A DNA stretch of 64,000 nucleotides from positions 208,327 through 272,326 of the forward strand of contig JBFIKF010000004.1 of assembly GCA_041600415.1 (NCBI GenBank), read 5' to 3'. Source of the stretch: Porticoccaceae bacterium (GTDB lineage: Bacteria; Pseudomonadota; Gammaproteobacteria; Pseudomonadales; Porticoccaceae). The stretch's first letter is position 1. Each line of letters opens with the position of its first letter. Of this stretch, positions 1-9,167 are shown piece after piece. The notes under the pieces were generated by a model that saw only the letters and a list, made by a program, of their open reading frames with translations, was not told where the DNA came from and searched no databases. Made by a program: the position numbers and the translations under genes.

Positions 1-797
1 CGGAAAGCAATCTGACCGTCACCCAGATCAAGGATATTAACCGGCGTATGTCCATCGGCGAAGCCAAAGCGCGCCGCGCCAAAAAAGAAATGGTGGAGGC
101 CAACCTGCGTCTGGTGATTTCCATCGCCAAAAAATACACTAACCGCGGGCTACAATTCCTCGATCTGATTCAGGAAGGCAATATCGGCCTGATGAAAGCC
201 GTGGACAAGTTTGAGTATCGGCGCGGCTACAAATTTTCGACCTACGCCACCTGGTGGATTCGTCAGGCCATCACCCGTTCCATCGCGGATCAAGCGCGCA
301 CCATTCGTATTCCGGTGCACATGATCGAGACCATCAACAAACTCAACCGCATTTCCCGACAGATGGTTCAGGAAATGGGACGCGAACCCACCCCTGAAGA
401 ATTGGGCGTGCGCATGGAATTGCCGGAGGACAAAATTCGCAAGGTCCTGAAAATCGCCAAGGAACCCATTTCCATGGAAACGCCCATCGGCGACGATGAA
501 GACTCCCATTTAGGAGACTTTATCGAGGACGTCAACGCCGATTCTCCGGTCAACTCCGCCACCCAGGAAAGCCTGACCGAAGCGACCCGCGAGGTGCTCA
601 ACGGCCTTACCGCACGGGAAGCCAAGGTGCTGCGCATGCGCTTTGGCATCGACATGAATACCGACCACACCCTGGAAGAAGTGGGCAAACAGTTTGACGT
701 GACCCGCGAGCGAATTCGCCAGATAGAGGCCAAGGCCCTGCGCAAACTGCGCCACCCCAGCCGCTCCGACCACATGCGCAGCTTTCTCGACGAATAA
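1..797 (+). CDS. rpoD: RNA polymerase sigma-70 factor RpoD, C-terminal part (5' end lies outside the window)
   Basis: The reading frame is open to the window edge. It carries region 2-4 signatures [39 protein letters not shown] and [30 protein letters not shown]. Confidence 0.97.
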   Translation, partial: ESNLTVTQIKDINRRMSIGEAKARRAKKEMVEANLRLVISIAKKYTNRGLQFLDLIQEGNIGLMKAVDKFEYRRGYKFSTYATWWIRQAITRSIADQARTIRIPVHMIETINKLNRISRQMVQEMGREPTPEELGVRMELPEDKIRKVLKIAKEPISMETPIGDDEDSHLGDFIEDVNADSPVNSATQESLTEATREVLNGLTAREAKVLRMRFGIDMNTDHTLEEVGKQFDVTRERIRQIEAKALRKLRHPSRSDHMRSFLDE

Positions 798-854
798 TCC
801 GTCAGCGGCCCGCGCAACACAACTGGTGAACTACTGCCGAGCCTTTTATACTGC

Positions 855-880
855 CGCCCCTGTAGCCGGGGCGCTGGGTT
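855..880 (+). terminator. Possible weak intrinsic terminator after rpoD
   Basis: Hairpin CGCCCC(855-860)/GGGGCG(868-873) with a 7-nt loop, followed by CTGGGTTTC. The U-tract is short. Confidence 0.35.
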
Positions 881-1030
881 TCGGACGCAATCCGCGGATC
901 GCCAAAGACCGACGCCGAATTTTTGCTGCCACATCAGGAACTGCACAGCAAGATGAGCAAGCGTACATAAATTATGTAAAAGAAGCGCGCGAGTATGCCA
1001 CACAGCCGCGCAGCGCAAAGAAAGTTTTAA

Positions 1031-1107
1031 GGGCCCATAGCTCAGTTGGTTAGAGCAGTCGACTCATAATCGATTGGTCCCAGGTTCAAGTCCTGGTGGG
1101 CCCACCA
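1031..1107 (+). tRNA. ileX: tRNA with CAU anticodon, most likely tRNA-Ile2 (lysidine-modified, ileX-like)
   Basis: Cloverleaf with acceptor GGGCCCA/TGGGCCC plus ACCA, D-arm AGCTCAGTTGGTTAGAGC, anticodon loop CTCATAA and T-arm GGTTCAAGTCC. The T-arm and variable region (TTGGTC) match my recollection of E. coli ileX rather than elongator tRNA-Met (GGTTCGAATCC). ileX also sits just downstream of rpoD in E. coli. Confidence 0.85.
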
Positions 1108-1194
1108 AATTAACTCCATACCTCAGTAGCAGTTACCGCAACGAGCACTCTACAATTTAATTTGCTCAAAGTATCTGGCAGTCACGCGAACACA

Positions 1195-1923
1195 TTAAGC
1201 CCCCAGTTCATCGGCAAGTGCTCTCAGTAGTTTGCCACCATCGCCGCGCCAGGCACTGCCGTGCATGCAGGCAAGGGTTTTCGGTTCGGCGGCGGCGAGA
1301 CGTTCGAGCATGGCTCGGGTGTTGGGAGCGTGGGAGTAGTAGTCCATTTGTTTACGAAACGCTTCGCTGGGACCCAGAATGTCGCCCTCGGTGACGGCGG
1401 GCAGATCGGTGCCACTCTGGGTGAACAGATCGCCGCACATCAAGGTTTTGGTGGTCTCTTCAAACAGATAACCACATTCCCAGCCGTGGGGAAGATGGGG
1501 TGTGTCGAACCAGCGCACGCTGTGGCTACCCAGCGATACTCGTTCGCCGTCTTCGAGAGTGCGCGGAGGGCGTTCGGCAATGTCGTTAATCGACGTCATG
1601 CCCGCCACCCGACTACACAGCGCTACCGACTCGGGCGCCGCTGCCAGCCATTCATTGAGGGAGCCGCACTCGTCCCCTTCCACGTGGGAAAAGGCAATAT
1701 AGCGCAGGCTCTCCACCGGCAGCACGGTCGCGACTGCCTCCCGGATCAACGGAAACATCTGCCGCGGCCCGGTGTGAAACAGTAGAGGTTCGTCACTGGC
1801 AATCAAATACTGGTTAAACGAAAATCCCACCCCATTGGGAAAGGACAGGGGCGTGTTGATGCGATAAATCCCCTCGGTGACTTCATGAACGTTGGTACCC
1901 GACTGCTGGTTGGTAATAGTCAT
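1195..1923 (-). CDS. MBL-fold protein, flavodiiron/ODP-like metal-binding domain
   Basis: 242 aa. It has a beta-lactamase-fold-like metal motif FSHVEGDECG and later HLPHGW and CMHGS. No closer assignment is possible. Confidence 0.5.
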   Translation of the reverse strand: MTITNQQSGTNVHEVTEGIYRINTPLSFPNGVGFSFNQYLIASDEPLLFHTGPRQMFPLIREAVATVLPVESLRYIAFSHVEGDECGSLNEWLAAAPESVALCSRVAGMTSINDIAERPPRTLEDGERVSLGSHSVRWFDTPHLPHGWECGYLFEETTKTLMCGDLFTQSGTDLPAVTEGDILGPSEAFRKQMDYYSHAPNTRAMLERLAAAEPKTLACMHGSAWRGDGGKLLRALADELGA

Positions 1924-2144
1924 TATTATTGCCTCTTGATCAGTGAATTGCCTAAGATAGTACCAAATGGTGCCGATTGCATACTCTTTTGTTTGTACGT
2001 TTCGTCCAATTCCAGCCTGTACGCGCCCAGGCGCTTGGCGTCCAACTGCCCCCTCCCAAACACCGCTTACATTTATTCACTTAGGTTGTGCACTCGATGT
2101 GTCCAGCCGGTAAAATGACTCCGAATGCAACCAATGAGTACCCT

Positions 2145-3167
2145 ATGACAGATACGGTTCTGGTGACCGGCGGGGCAGGTTATATCGGCACCCATACCTG
2201 CGTGGAGCTGCTAATCGCAGGCTATGAGGTTGTGGTGCTCGATAATCTCAGCAGTGGCTCGGGCCAGGCTCTGGAGCGGGTTGAGCAGATTGCCGGAAAA
2301 CCGGTGACGCTGGTAACCGGTGATGTGCGCGATCAGGCCCTGTTAACCCAGCTCTTCTGTGATTATCAATTTAGCGCGGTGGTGCATTTTGCCGGACTTA
2401 AAGCGGTGGGAGAATCCTGCGAAATGCCCCTGACCTATTACGAAAATAACGTGAGTGGCACCATTGCTCTGTGCCAGGCAATGGCGAACCACGGCGTCAG
2501 GCAACTGGTATTCAGTTCCTCAGCCACGGTATATGGCAAGCCCGTGTTGCTGCCCGCGACCGAGGATATGCCCCTGTCGGCGACCAATCCCTACGGCCGT
2601 TCCAAGCTAATTATTGAAGAGATACTACGGGACCTGTACCGCTCCGATTCCGCCTGGAGCATCGCTCTACTACGCTATTTTAATCCAGCCGGTGCCCACC
2701 CCAGCGGCCTGATTGGCGAAGACCCTAACGGTGTCCCCAGCAACCTGATGCCCTATATCGCCCAGGTGGCCGCTGGCGCCCTGCCGCAGTTACAGGTGTT
2801 CGGCGACGACTACGACACGGCGGATGGCACCGGCGTACGGGACTATATTCACGTGGTCGATCTTGCTCGAGGGCACGTCCAGGCCATCCGCAAACTAACT
2901 GCCGAGCCGGGCCGATGTGACGCCTGGAACCTGGGTGTGGGCAAAGGCTATAGCGTGCTGGAGGTGGTGGCAGCATTTGCGCGCGTCAGCGGGCAAAATA
3001 TCCCCTATGTGGTCAGCGAGCGACGCCCTGGTGATATTGCCGCCTGCTATGCGGACCCGGGCAAAGCCGAGCTGGAACTCAATTGGCGTGCCACGCAAAC
3101 TCTGGACGATATGGTGCGCGATGTATGGCGTTGGCAGACGGCTAATCCGAGTGGTTATGGCCAGTAG
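2145..3167 (+). CDS. galE: UDP-glucose 4-epimerase
   Basis: Rossmann motif VLVTGGAGYIGTH, catalytic YGRSK, and end-to-end GalE-like sequence. The ORF track starts at 2088. I prefer the ATG at 2145 (MTDTVLVTGG), which is typical GalE N-terminal spacing. Confidence 0.9.
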   Translation: MTDTVLVTGGAGYIGTHTCVELLIAGYEVVVLDNLSSGSGQALERVEQIAGKPVTLVTGDVRDQALLTQLFCDYQFSAVVHFAGLKAVGESCEMPLTYYENNVSGTIALCQAMANHGVRQLVFSSSATVYGKPVLLPATEDMPLSATNPYGRSKLIIEEILRDLYRSDSAWSIALLRYFNPAGAHPSGLIGEDPNGVPSNLMPYIAQVAAGALPQLQVFGDDYDTADGTGVRDYIHVVDLARGHVQAIRKLTAEPGRCDAWNLGVGKGYSVLEVVAAFARVSGQNIPYVVSERRPGDIAACYADPGKAELELNWRATQTLDDMVRDVWRWQTANPSGYGQ

Positions 3168-3230
3168 CGCGCTCTGCATCTGGTTGTTCTATCCCCTCCA
3201 CAACATACTGCCAACGGTAATAGACTAGCC

Positions 3231-4388
3231 ATGCGGATTGCTTTTATTTTGTACAAGTATTTTCCCTATGGCGGCCTGCAACGGGACTTTCTACGTATCG
3301 CCCGCGAGTGCGCCGCACAGGGTTGTGAGATCCGCGTGTACAGCATGGACTGGGAAGGCGAGCGCGAACCGGACTGGGATATCCGTCTATGGCGCCCGTT
3401 TGCGCTTACCGGGCACGGCCGCAACGAACGTTTTCAGCGCTGGGTGTATGCGGAACTTACACGGCAGCCGGTGGATGTGGTGGTCGGTTTTAACAAGATG
3501 GCCGGACTGGATTTATATTATGCGGCAGATGGCTGTTACGAGGCCAAAATCAGCAGTCAGCGGGGCAGCTGGTACAAACACCTGGGTCGTTACCGCCATT
3601 TCGCGCGCAACGAACAGGCGGTATTCGCCGCTCACGGTAATACGGAAATCATGATGATATCCCGGGTACAACAACCTTTTTTCGAACACCACTACGGTAC
3701 GCCGCCGGAGCGGTTTGTGCTACTGCCCCCGGGTATTGCGAGGGATCGTCGCGCACCCACCAATGCGTCGCAGCTTCGCGCGGACTTCCGCAAGGAGTTT
3801 GCGCTGGCGGATGACGAGCGATTGCTACTGATGATCGGCTCGGGATTCAAAACCAAAGGCCTGGATCGGGCCTTGCGGGCACTCGCCGCACTGCCGCCCG
3901 CCCAGGGCGCACGCACACGACTGTTTGTAATTGGCCAGGACGATTCGCGGTCTTTTAAGCTACAGGCCAAGCGCCTAGGAATTGGTAAACGGGTCGCATT
4001 TTTTGTCGGTCGGGACGACATTCCCCGCTTTCTGCTCGGCGCCGACTTACTGATACACCCCGCCTACAACGAAAATACTGGCACCGTCTTACTCGAGGCG
4101 CTGGCCGCCGGTTTACCGGTGCTATGCACGGACGTGTGCGGGTACGCCCACTACATCGCGGAAGCCGACGCGGGCGTAGTGCTGTCTGCGCCCTTTCAGC
4201 AAGCCGACCTGGACCGAACCCTGGCGGATGTGCTGATATCGAAAAAGCGTGCGCAGTGGCAACGCCATGCGCTGGCCTTCGCCGATCAGGCCGATATTTA
4301 CAGCCTGCCCCAACGGGCCGCAGAGCGCATTATGGCTCGCGCTCGCCAGCACACTCCAAGCAACGCAGGTTCCGAGGTCGGCGCATGA
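3231..4388 (+). CDS. waaG: LPS core glucosyltransferase I (GT4), WaaG/RfaG
   Basis: The N-terminus MRIAFILYKYFPYGGLQRDFLRIA and the stretch HPAYNENTGTVLLEALAAGLPVLCTDVCGYAHYI closely parallel E. coli WaaG as I recall it. Confidence 0.88.
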   Translation: MRIAFILYKYFPYGGLQRDFLRIARECAAQGCEIRVYSMDWEGEREPDWDIRLWRPFALTGHGRNERFQRWVYAELTRQPVDVVVGFNKMAGLDLYYAADGCYEAKISSQRGSWYKHLGRYRHFARNEQAVFAAHGNTEIMMISRVQQPFFEHHYGTPPERFVLLPPGIARDRRAPTNASQLRADFRKEFALADDERLLLMIGSGFKTKGLDRALRALAALPPAQGARTRLFVIGQDDSRSFKLQAKRLGIGKRVAFFVGRDDIPRFLLGADLLIHPAYNENTGTVLLEALAAGLPVLCTDVCGYAHYIAEADAGVVLSAPFQQADLDRTLADVLISKKRAQWQRHALAFADQADIYSLPQRAAERIMARARQHTPSNAGSEVGA

Positions 4389-5197
4389 TCTGGTTGCGCA
4401 ACGATTTCAAAAAAATCTGGGGAGATGGCGACCCTTTTGCGCGCGTAAAAAACATCAAAGGGAAAATTTATCGGGAGATGTCGGGACGACGTACGCTGCA
4501 GTTCCAGGAGGGAGACGAGTCGTATTTTTTGAAATTACACCTGGGTGTCGGCTGGCTGGAAATTATCAAAAACCTGGTTCTGTTGCGCTTGCCTGTGCTT
4601 AGTGCGCGCAATGAATACGACGCCATTCGCCGCTGTGAGCGCCTCGGCGTGCAAACCATGGCGCCCGTCGCTTTTGGGGTAACGGGCCGCAATCCCGCGC
4701 GGCGCCAGTCGTTTATCGTCACCGAGGATCTGGTGCACACCATCAGCCTTGAGGATTTATGCCGAGACTGGCCGCGCAACCCACCACCCTACTGGTTGAA
4801 AACGGCGTTAATCAATCAGATTGCGGATATTAGCCGACGCCTGCACGACAATGGCATCAACCATCGCGATTACTACATCTGTCATTTTTTATTAAAAGTT
4901 CCTAACGGTGTCGCTGCGCTCACCCCCCGCGATTTGCGACTGTATCTGATCGACCTGCATCGCGCCCAGCTACGGATCGAGACACCACGACGTTGGATTA
5001 TCAAGGATCTTGCTGCGCTCTATTTTTCCGTGCTGAACATTGGCTTATGCAAGCGGGATTTGCTGCGCTTCGTACGTCGTTACACGGGTCTGCCGCTAAA
5101 GCAGGCCATGGTCGAACAAGAATGGCTATGGCGCCCATTGATTAAAAAAGCTGCCAAACTAAGAAGGCGACAGGTACGTTACGGCGGAGAGTTATGA
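4385..5197 (+). CDS. waaP: LPS core heptose(I) kinase WaaP/RfaP
   Basis: MIWLRNDFKKIW... with YFLKLH and the kinase catalytic loop NHRDYYICHFLL. The ATG at 4385 overlaps the waaG stop (ATGA). The ORF-track start at 4124 is an out-of-context upstream extension overlapping waaG. Confidence 0.85.
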   Translation: MIWLRNDFKKIWGDGDPFARVKNIKGKIYREMSGRRTLQFQEGDESYFLKLHLGVGWLEIIKNLVLLRLPVLSARNEYDAIRRCERLGVQTMAPVAFGVTGRNPARRQSFIVTEDLVHTISLEDLCRDWPRNPPPYWLKTALINQIADISRRLHDNGINHRDYYICHFLLKVPNGVAALTPRDLRLYLIDLHRAQLRIETPRRWIIKDLAALYFSVLNIGLCKRDLLRFVRRYTGLPLKQAMVEQEWLWRPLIKKAAKLRRRQVRYGGEL

Positions 5198-5277
5198 ATA
5201 TATTTATTGTCGGCGCTGACTGAAATCTTGAAAAAATGTGGCCCACCCCCTATCCAGGCAATAATTTCATCAATAGA

Positions 5278-6180
5278 TTACCCAGGAAGATCTACTATAC
5301 GCTCGAAAGCCGCCTGAAAATTCTGGCTTATTTCCGCTTTCAAAGCTTCTAATTCAATTGACGCAGGCGACCAGTTTATTTTTTGTGCTAATTTAGCGTT
5401 GATTACTGGCGCCAATATACCTGACGTTTTCACATAATTAATCTCAATAAGATCAGAAATTATTTTAACTCGATAATCATCGCGCTTAGCCGAATCATAG
5501 AGGAAAATCACAGGGATGCCCATGGCGATGCAAGGCATTGCGCAATGTATTTTTGAGGTTATCACGAGCTTCGCTCGATCGCGATACTGCGCCAAAAGCT
5601 CTTCTGCGAGCGCAAGTTTGAGCTGGGTATTGGTAATTGGAAGCCGTATCCTCGCCTGATCAACCGTGATCGCCTGGCGGCGAATTGCCTTTGGAACTGC
5701 GTAGCGGGCTTTCTTTGAAATACCAACAATAAATACTTGCCCATCTTTCGGTACGTCTTTGCGTCTGGGAAGCGTGAGCGTGACACAACGACTATAATAT
5801 GCTTCGACACCATATCGAGCCAATATCTCCATTGTACCCTTGTCTCTACAGCCAATGGGCTGCCAGCGTTTAAGATAAGCAATTCCACTATCACTACAAA
5901 CAACTTTTTCCGTTTCGGGCGTCATATGAAAAGAGAAGAAAATTGGTTTTACCATCGGCGAAGGAGGCCAATTTTCGGTGTTCATAAAAAATCCGTTTAG
6001 TGGCACGGTGCATGGTTCTTTTATTTGATTTAATGCCTCGCGACATACATATCCATCAACTCGGGGCAAAAGCCTACTAACCGCCAACGTTTGAATATCA
6101 TCGCCGAGATTAAAAGATCTTTCAAAATGTTTCCCCGTATACTCCAAGACACATATTTTTTTAAACAGAACATCTACCAT
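5278..6180 (-). CDS. Polysaccharide pyruvyl transferase family protein
   Basis: 300 aa with NLGDDIQTLA near the N-terminus, CRDKGT, and KIHCAMPCIAMGIPVIFLY. This pattern is typical of the CsaB/WcaK-type pyruvyl transferase family. The gene is AT-rich. Confidence 0.6.
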   Translation of the reverse strand: MVDVLFKKICVLEYTGKHFERSFNLGDDIQTLAVSRLLPRVDGYVCREALNQIKEPCTVPLNGFFMNTENWPPSPMVKPIFFSFHMTPETEKVVCSDSGIAYLKRWQPIGCRDKGTMEILARYGVEAYYSRCVTLTLPRRKDVPKDGQVFIVGISKKARYAVPKAIRRQAITVDQARIRLPITNTQLKLALAEELLAQYRDRAKLVITSKIHCAMPCIAMGIPVIFLYDSAKRDDYRVKIISDLIEINYVKTSGILAPVINAKLAQKINWSPASIELEALKAEISQNFQAAFERIVDLPG

Positions 6181-7337
6181 GATATTTTTCGCTGTATTAT
6201 TCTTACAATACGCCTCATACTACTACCTACCCTTCGCCCTTTCATAATAATTTTGTTCATAGATTTTGGTCGATCAACAATATGCTGCCATGCCTGATAT
6301 ATATCGGTACCACTCAACCCAGCCGACCGCATGGCCAATATATTATCCTGCGCAAGTTTCGTTAGCAATTCGTCATAAATAACCAGCTTACGGATGTCCT
6401 CTGCTTGCAACATAGAAGTGAATGTCGTTGCATTATCAAGCGCACCGACTGCGAAGAGGCTTGTCTTGGTTCTAAGGCATTTTTCACAGCGCTCGCAGTT
6501 GTAGGTACCAGTGACATTATCCCAACATACTCTAAGATGATTTAATGCCAGGTTACTTTTTGCAATCATTTTAGTTTTTTGAAACCGACTTGTTTCACAG
6601 CCATCGTGAATAATTTCAAGTCTTTCGTCAGAAAACAGTGGATCGGTGTCGGGATGCGATCCCCAGGGAGTCAACATTTTATAATCTAGCGAAGATGGAA
6701 TATATAGCCGATCCAGATAATCGCTCAATTGCCGAGCAACGGCACCAAGACCATAGCCGTGTCCGTGGGCCCCCCAACGCCCGTAGTCTCTGTATACCCG
6801 TATACTGTTTGTTTCAATCTGGACGAAGCGAACACCCGTTTCAGCCTGTATAGCTCGCCCCATAGCAGCAATTGCCGCCCTCCTGGGGGTATCAGTAAGC
6901 TTCACATCATAACCGTGAACATAGATCAGGTCAGTGATATCGCTCTTATTCTTAATAAACGTATAGAATGAATCCACACCGCCGGTAAAGAAGCTACCAA
7001 CCCTCCCGGTTTTAGACGTATCTCGCTCAATGGCTGTGTCCGCAACCAGTTTGATTTTTTGGTAACTGGGAAACCAATCAGTGAATGTCTCAATTAATCG
7101 TTGTTGATTATGAATGAATGCAGAGGAGATCGGATCAATAATGTGAAGATCCAGGCCATTTTTCATGCCACCCAATGCACCCATCGCTACTGCAGATTCT
7201 GCGCTGGCATTGAGCTTTACATCGTCTGATGCAAAGTACAGATGGTAACTACGGCCATTAATGGACAGGTCGTAATCCACCCGATTGCCGCTAGCGACAC
7301 CACCCGTTATTGTTATTCCATCGTCCGCTGATGCCAT
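6174..7337 (-). CDS. Uncharacterised protein with a PP-loop-like motif and a QueC-like Cys cluster (putative ATP pyrophosphatase-type glycan-modifying enzyme)
   Basis: 387 aa. GSFFTGGVDSFYT (TGGVDS encoded at 6969-6986) resembles the SGGxDS PP-loop. VCWDNVTGTYNCERCEKCLRT (6477-6527) is C-x9-C-x2-C-x2-C, like the QueC zinc site. Its stop overlaps the downstream pyruvyl transferase start (ATGGTAG). Confidence 0.4.
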   Translation of the reverse strand: MASADDGITITGGVASGNRVDYDLSINGRSYHLYFASDDVKLNASAESAVAMGALGGMKNGLDLHIIDPISSAFIHNQQRLIETFTDWFPSYQKIKLVADTAIERDTSKTGRVGSFFTGGVDSFYTFIKNKSDITDLIYVHGYDVKLTDTPRRAAIAAMGRAIQAETGVRFVQIETNSIRVYRDYGRWGAHGHGYGLGAVARQLSDYLDRLYIPSSLDYKMLTPWGSHPDTDPLFSDERLEIIHDGCETSRFQKTKMIAKSNLALNHLRVCWDNVTGTYNCERCEKCLRTKTSLFAVGALDNATTFTSMLQAEDIRKLVIYDELLTKLAQDNILAMRSAGLSGTDIYQAWQHIVDRPKSMNKIIMKGRRVGSSMRRIVRIIQRKISW

Positions 7338-7902
7338 AAGGCCAGACTCGATTTCCCTGTAATATTACAATTATGCGGACGCATTTTACCCGGAGCCAGT
7401 TGCGCGGCACAACCACGAATTCACTAATCTTCGCAGTGGTTATACCAGGTATGCGACGCGCCATCTTTATTGAATCATGAGTCAAAAACCGATATCAAAG
7501 GCGTGGCCAACCCCAAACTTAATCATCAGCGTGACGTATACAGAATCAAACCGAACGATATTCTGGTTATTAGCTCTTATCGAATCCAACCAATGACTCG
7601 GCTTGCGGCTAATAGACCACGAATGCTGACTAAGTTATACGTGCGCAAGCATACTTGGGGAACTCTTCATTTTGGGTTAGGCATCCCTGTGTTACATAAA
7701 GAGACTACCCGACAGCCATCAACCATCTGGCAACAGCCAGCCACTTGTCAGCCTGCCTAACAAAATTGACCAGGATCCATGAAATACCTTCCGCAAGGAG
7801 TGCGAATAGAGCACACCCTCAAACTGAACGGACGCAGGACGCATTTCGCGCTTTCCAGCTTTACCCTGAAGGTTCAGAGATGTGGTTTGCAAGCTTTTTG
7901 TA

Positions 7903-7932
7903 TTCAAAATGAACCCCCTCCAGGCCTATAAT
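7903..7932 (+). promoter_or_regulatory. Candidate sigma-70 promoter for the GT2 gene
   Basis: TTCAAA (7903-7908), an 18-nt spacer, then TATAAT (7927-7932), about 50 nt upstream of the ATG at 7984. The -10 element is bracketed by two AGGCCT copies (7922-7927 and 7934-7939). Confidence 0.35.
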
Positions 7933-7983
7933 GAGGCCTATCAAATTTTATTGCCGCCGGTCATCAAAGTAGAAAGATATTGA

Positions 7984-8964
7984 ATGAAAGACCATCAACC
8001 GTTATTCAGCATAATTATCCCATCATACAACTACGCGCATTCGCTAGGTCGCGCGATTGAATCGACCTTGTGTCAGGTTGGCAATGATTACGAGCTAGTC
8101 ATTATCGATGATGGCTCCACCGATAATACCGCAGACGTCGTCAGCGGCCTCCAGTTAAAGTATCCCTCTCGCATCGCATATTACACCCAGGAAAATGGCG
8201 GCCCAGCCACTGCCCGCAATCGAGGTATAGATATGAGCACTGGTCGCTATCTGGTTTTTCTCGATGCCGATGACGCACTGACAGACTCAGCTCTGCAGTT
8301 GTTCCGCGATAGTATTAATCTACAACCTGCTACAGGAATGATAATCGGCGGTCACTGGAGTGTGAGTCAACACGGAACAGATGAGCAAAAACGCTACCGC
8401 TCACCTGGCATACTCCCCGCTGATTCGTTGTCCCGGCTGCAGGCGTACTTGCTAGATAAATCTTTGGTGATAGCACATGGAGCCTGCGCTATGCGCCGCG
8501 ATGTATTTGATCGATACAGATACCCGGCGCTCTTTAGGAGCAGCGAGGACATTCCAGTATTTGCTTACATTCTGGCTAATTTTTCAGTATGCACCATCAA
8601 TAAACCGATTGCCAAAATCTACTTACATACAGATAGCCTGCGACATAACGTCGACCACGCTAGAACCATTGGTGACAGTCTCGTGAACGAGGTGTTCTCG
8701 CCGGACAGGATGTCTGGGGCCTTACAAATATTGAAAAAACCGTTTCACATACAGCGCAATCTGTCCCTGTCACGCACATTCTTCATCGCGGGCGACCATA
8801 AGGCCGGTTACCTTTTATTTATCGCCGCACTGAAGTTAAATTGGCGGGTATTATTTAAATGGTCATACTCTGGCAAAGCCATCCGCGCTTTCCTAAAAAG
8901 TAGAAAGGATAACACCAAAAAGAAACGTGCTTTGGCCGCACGCAGTTGTCCTAGAAAGGAGTGA
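7984..8964 (+). CDS. Family 2 glycosyltransferase
   Basis: FSIIIPSYNYAHSLGRAIES, VIIDDGSTDNT, and the DxD motif FLDADD. Confidence 0.85.
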   Translation: MKDHQPLFSIIIPSYNYAHSLGRAIESTLCQVGNDYELVIIDDGSTDNTADVVSGLQLKYPSRIAYYTQENGGPATARNRGIDMSTGRYLVFLDADDALTDSALQLFRDSINLQPATGMIIGGHWSVSQHGTDEQKRYRSPGILPADSLSRLQAYLLDKSLVIAHGACAMRRDVFDRYRYPALFRSSEDIPVFAYILANFSVCTINKPIAKIYLHTDSLRHNVDHARTIGDSLVNEVFSPDRMSGALQILKKPFHIQRNLSLSRTFFIAGDHKAGYLLFIAALKLNWRVLFKWSYSGKAIRAFLKSRKDNTKKKRALAARSCPRKE

Positions 8965-9167
8965 AAATCTGTTACCTCGCTGATCACGCCTGCGAGCACG
9001 GCTCGGCGCTGTGCCCTGCTATCCAGAGCCCGCCAGTGGAAGAAATATGGAGCCAGAGCCTGAATCCCACACCGCGAATGGGCAAAACTATGCGGCCGGC
9101 CACGCACCGTGGCCCGATTGCTAAGCTATCCCTCAAGCAGCGCCCGCCAACTTCGGGCGAGGACTAA
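8961..9167 (+). pseudogene. Possible remnant of a GT4-type glycosyltransferase gene (only the N-terminus is recognisable)
   Basis: A GTG start overlaps the GT2 stop (GTGA) and is preceded by AAAGGA. The product begins MKICYLADHA, like many GT4 N-termini, then loses similarity and stops after 68 codons. No intact ORF occupies 8965-9431. Confidence 0.25.

Noticed and set aside
826-1053. 75-aa ORF between rpoD and the tRNA.
   Set aside because: It runs into the tRNA gene, has no ribosome-binding site or recognisable features, and covers the putative rpoD terminator.
1108-3230. Possible genomic island integrated at the tRNA-Ile2 3' end.
   Set aside because: I saw no integrase, no repeat of the tRNA 3' end, and no compositional shift. 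The downstream genes (MBL-fold, galE, waaG) look native.
4124-4384. Upstream extensions of ORF-track calls: waaP from 4124, nudE to 48374, hemD to 55843, the biotin carboxylase to 20152, and rsgA, mrcA, pckA, gltD, HD-GYP and lptM starts.
   Set aside because: The extensions overlap the preceding gene or the divergent promoter region, encode Arg/Pro-rich junk, and are absent from the conserved N-termini. Internal ATG or GTG codons give canonical N-termini.
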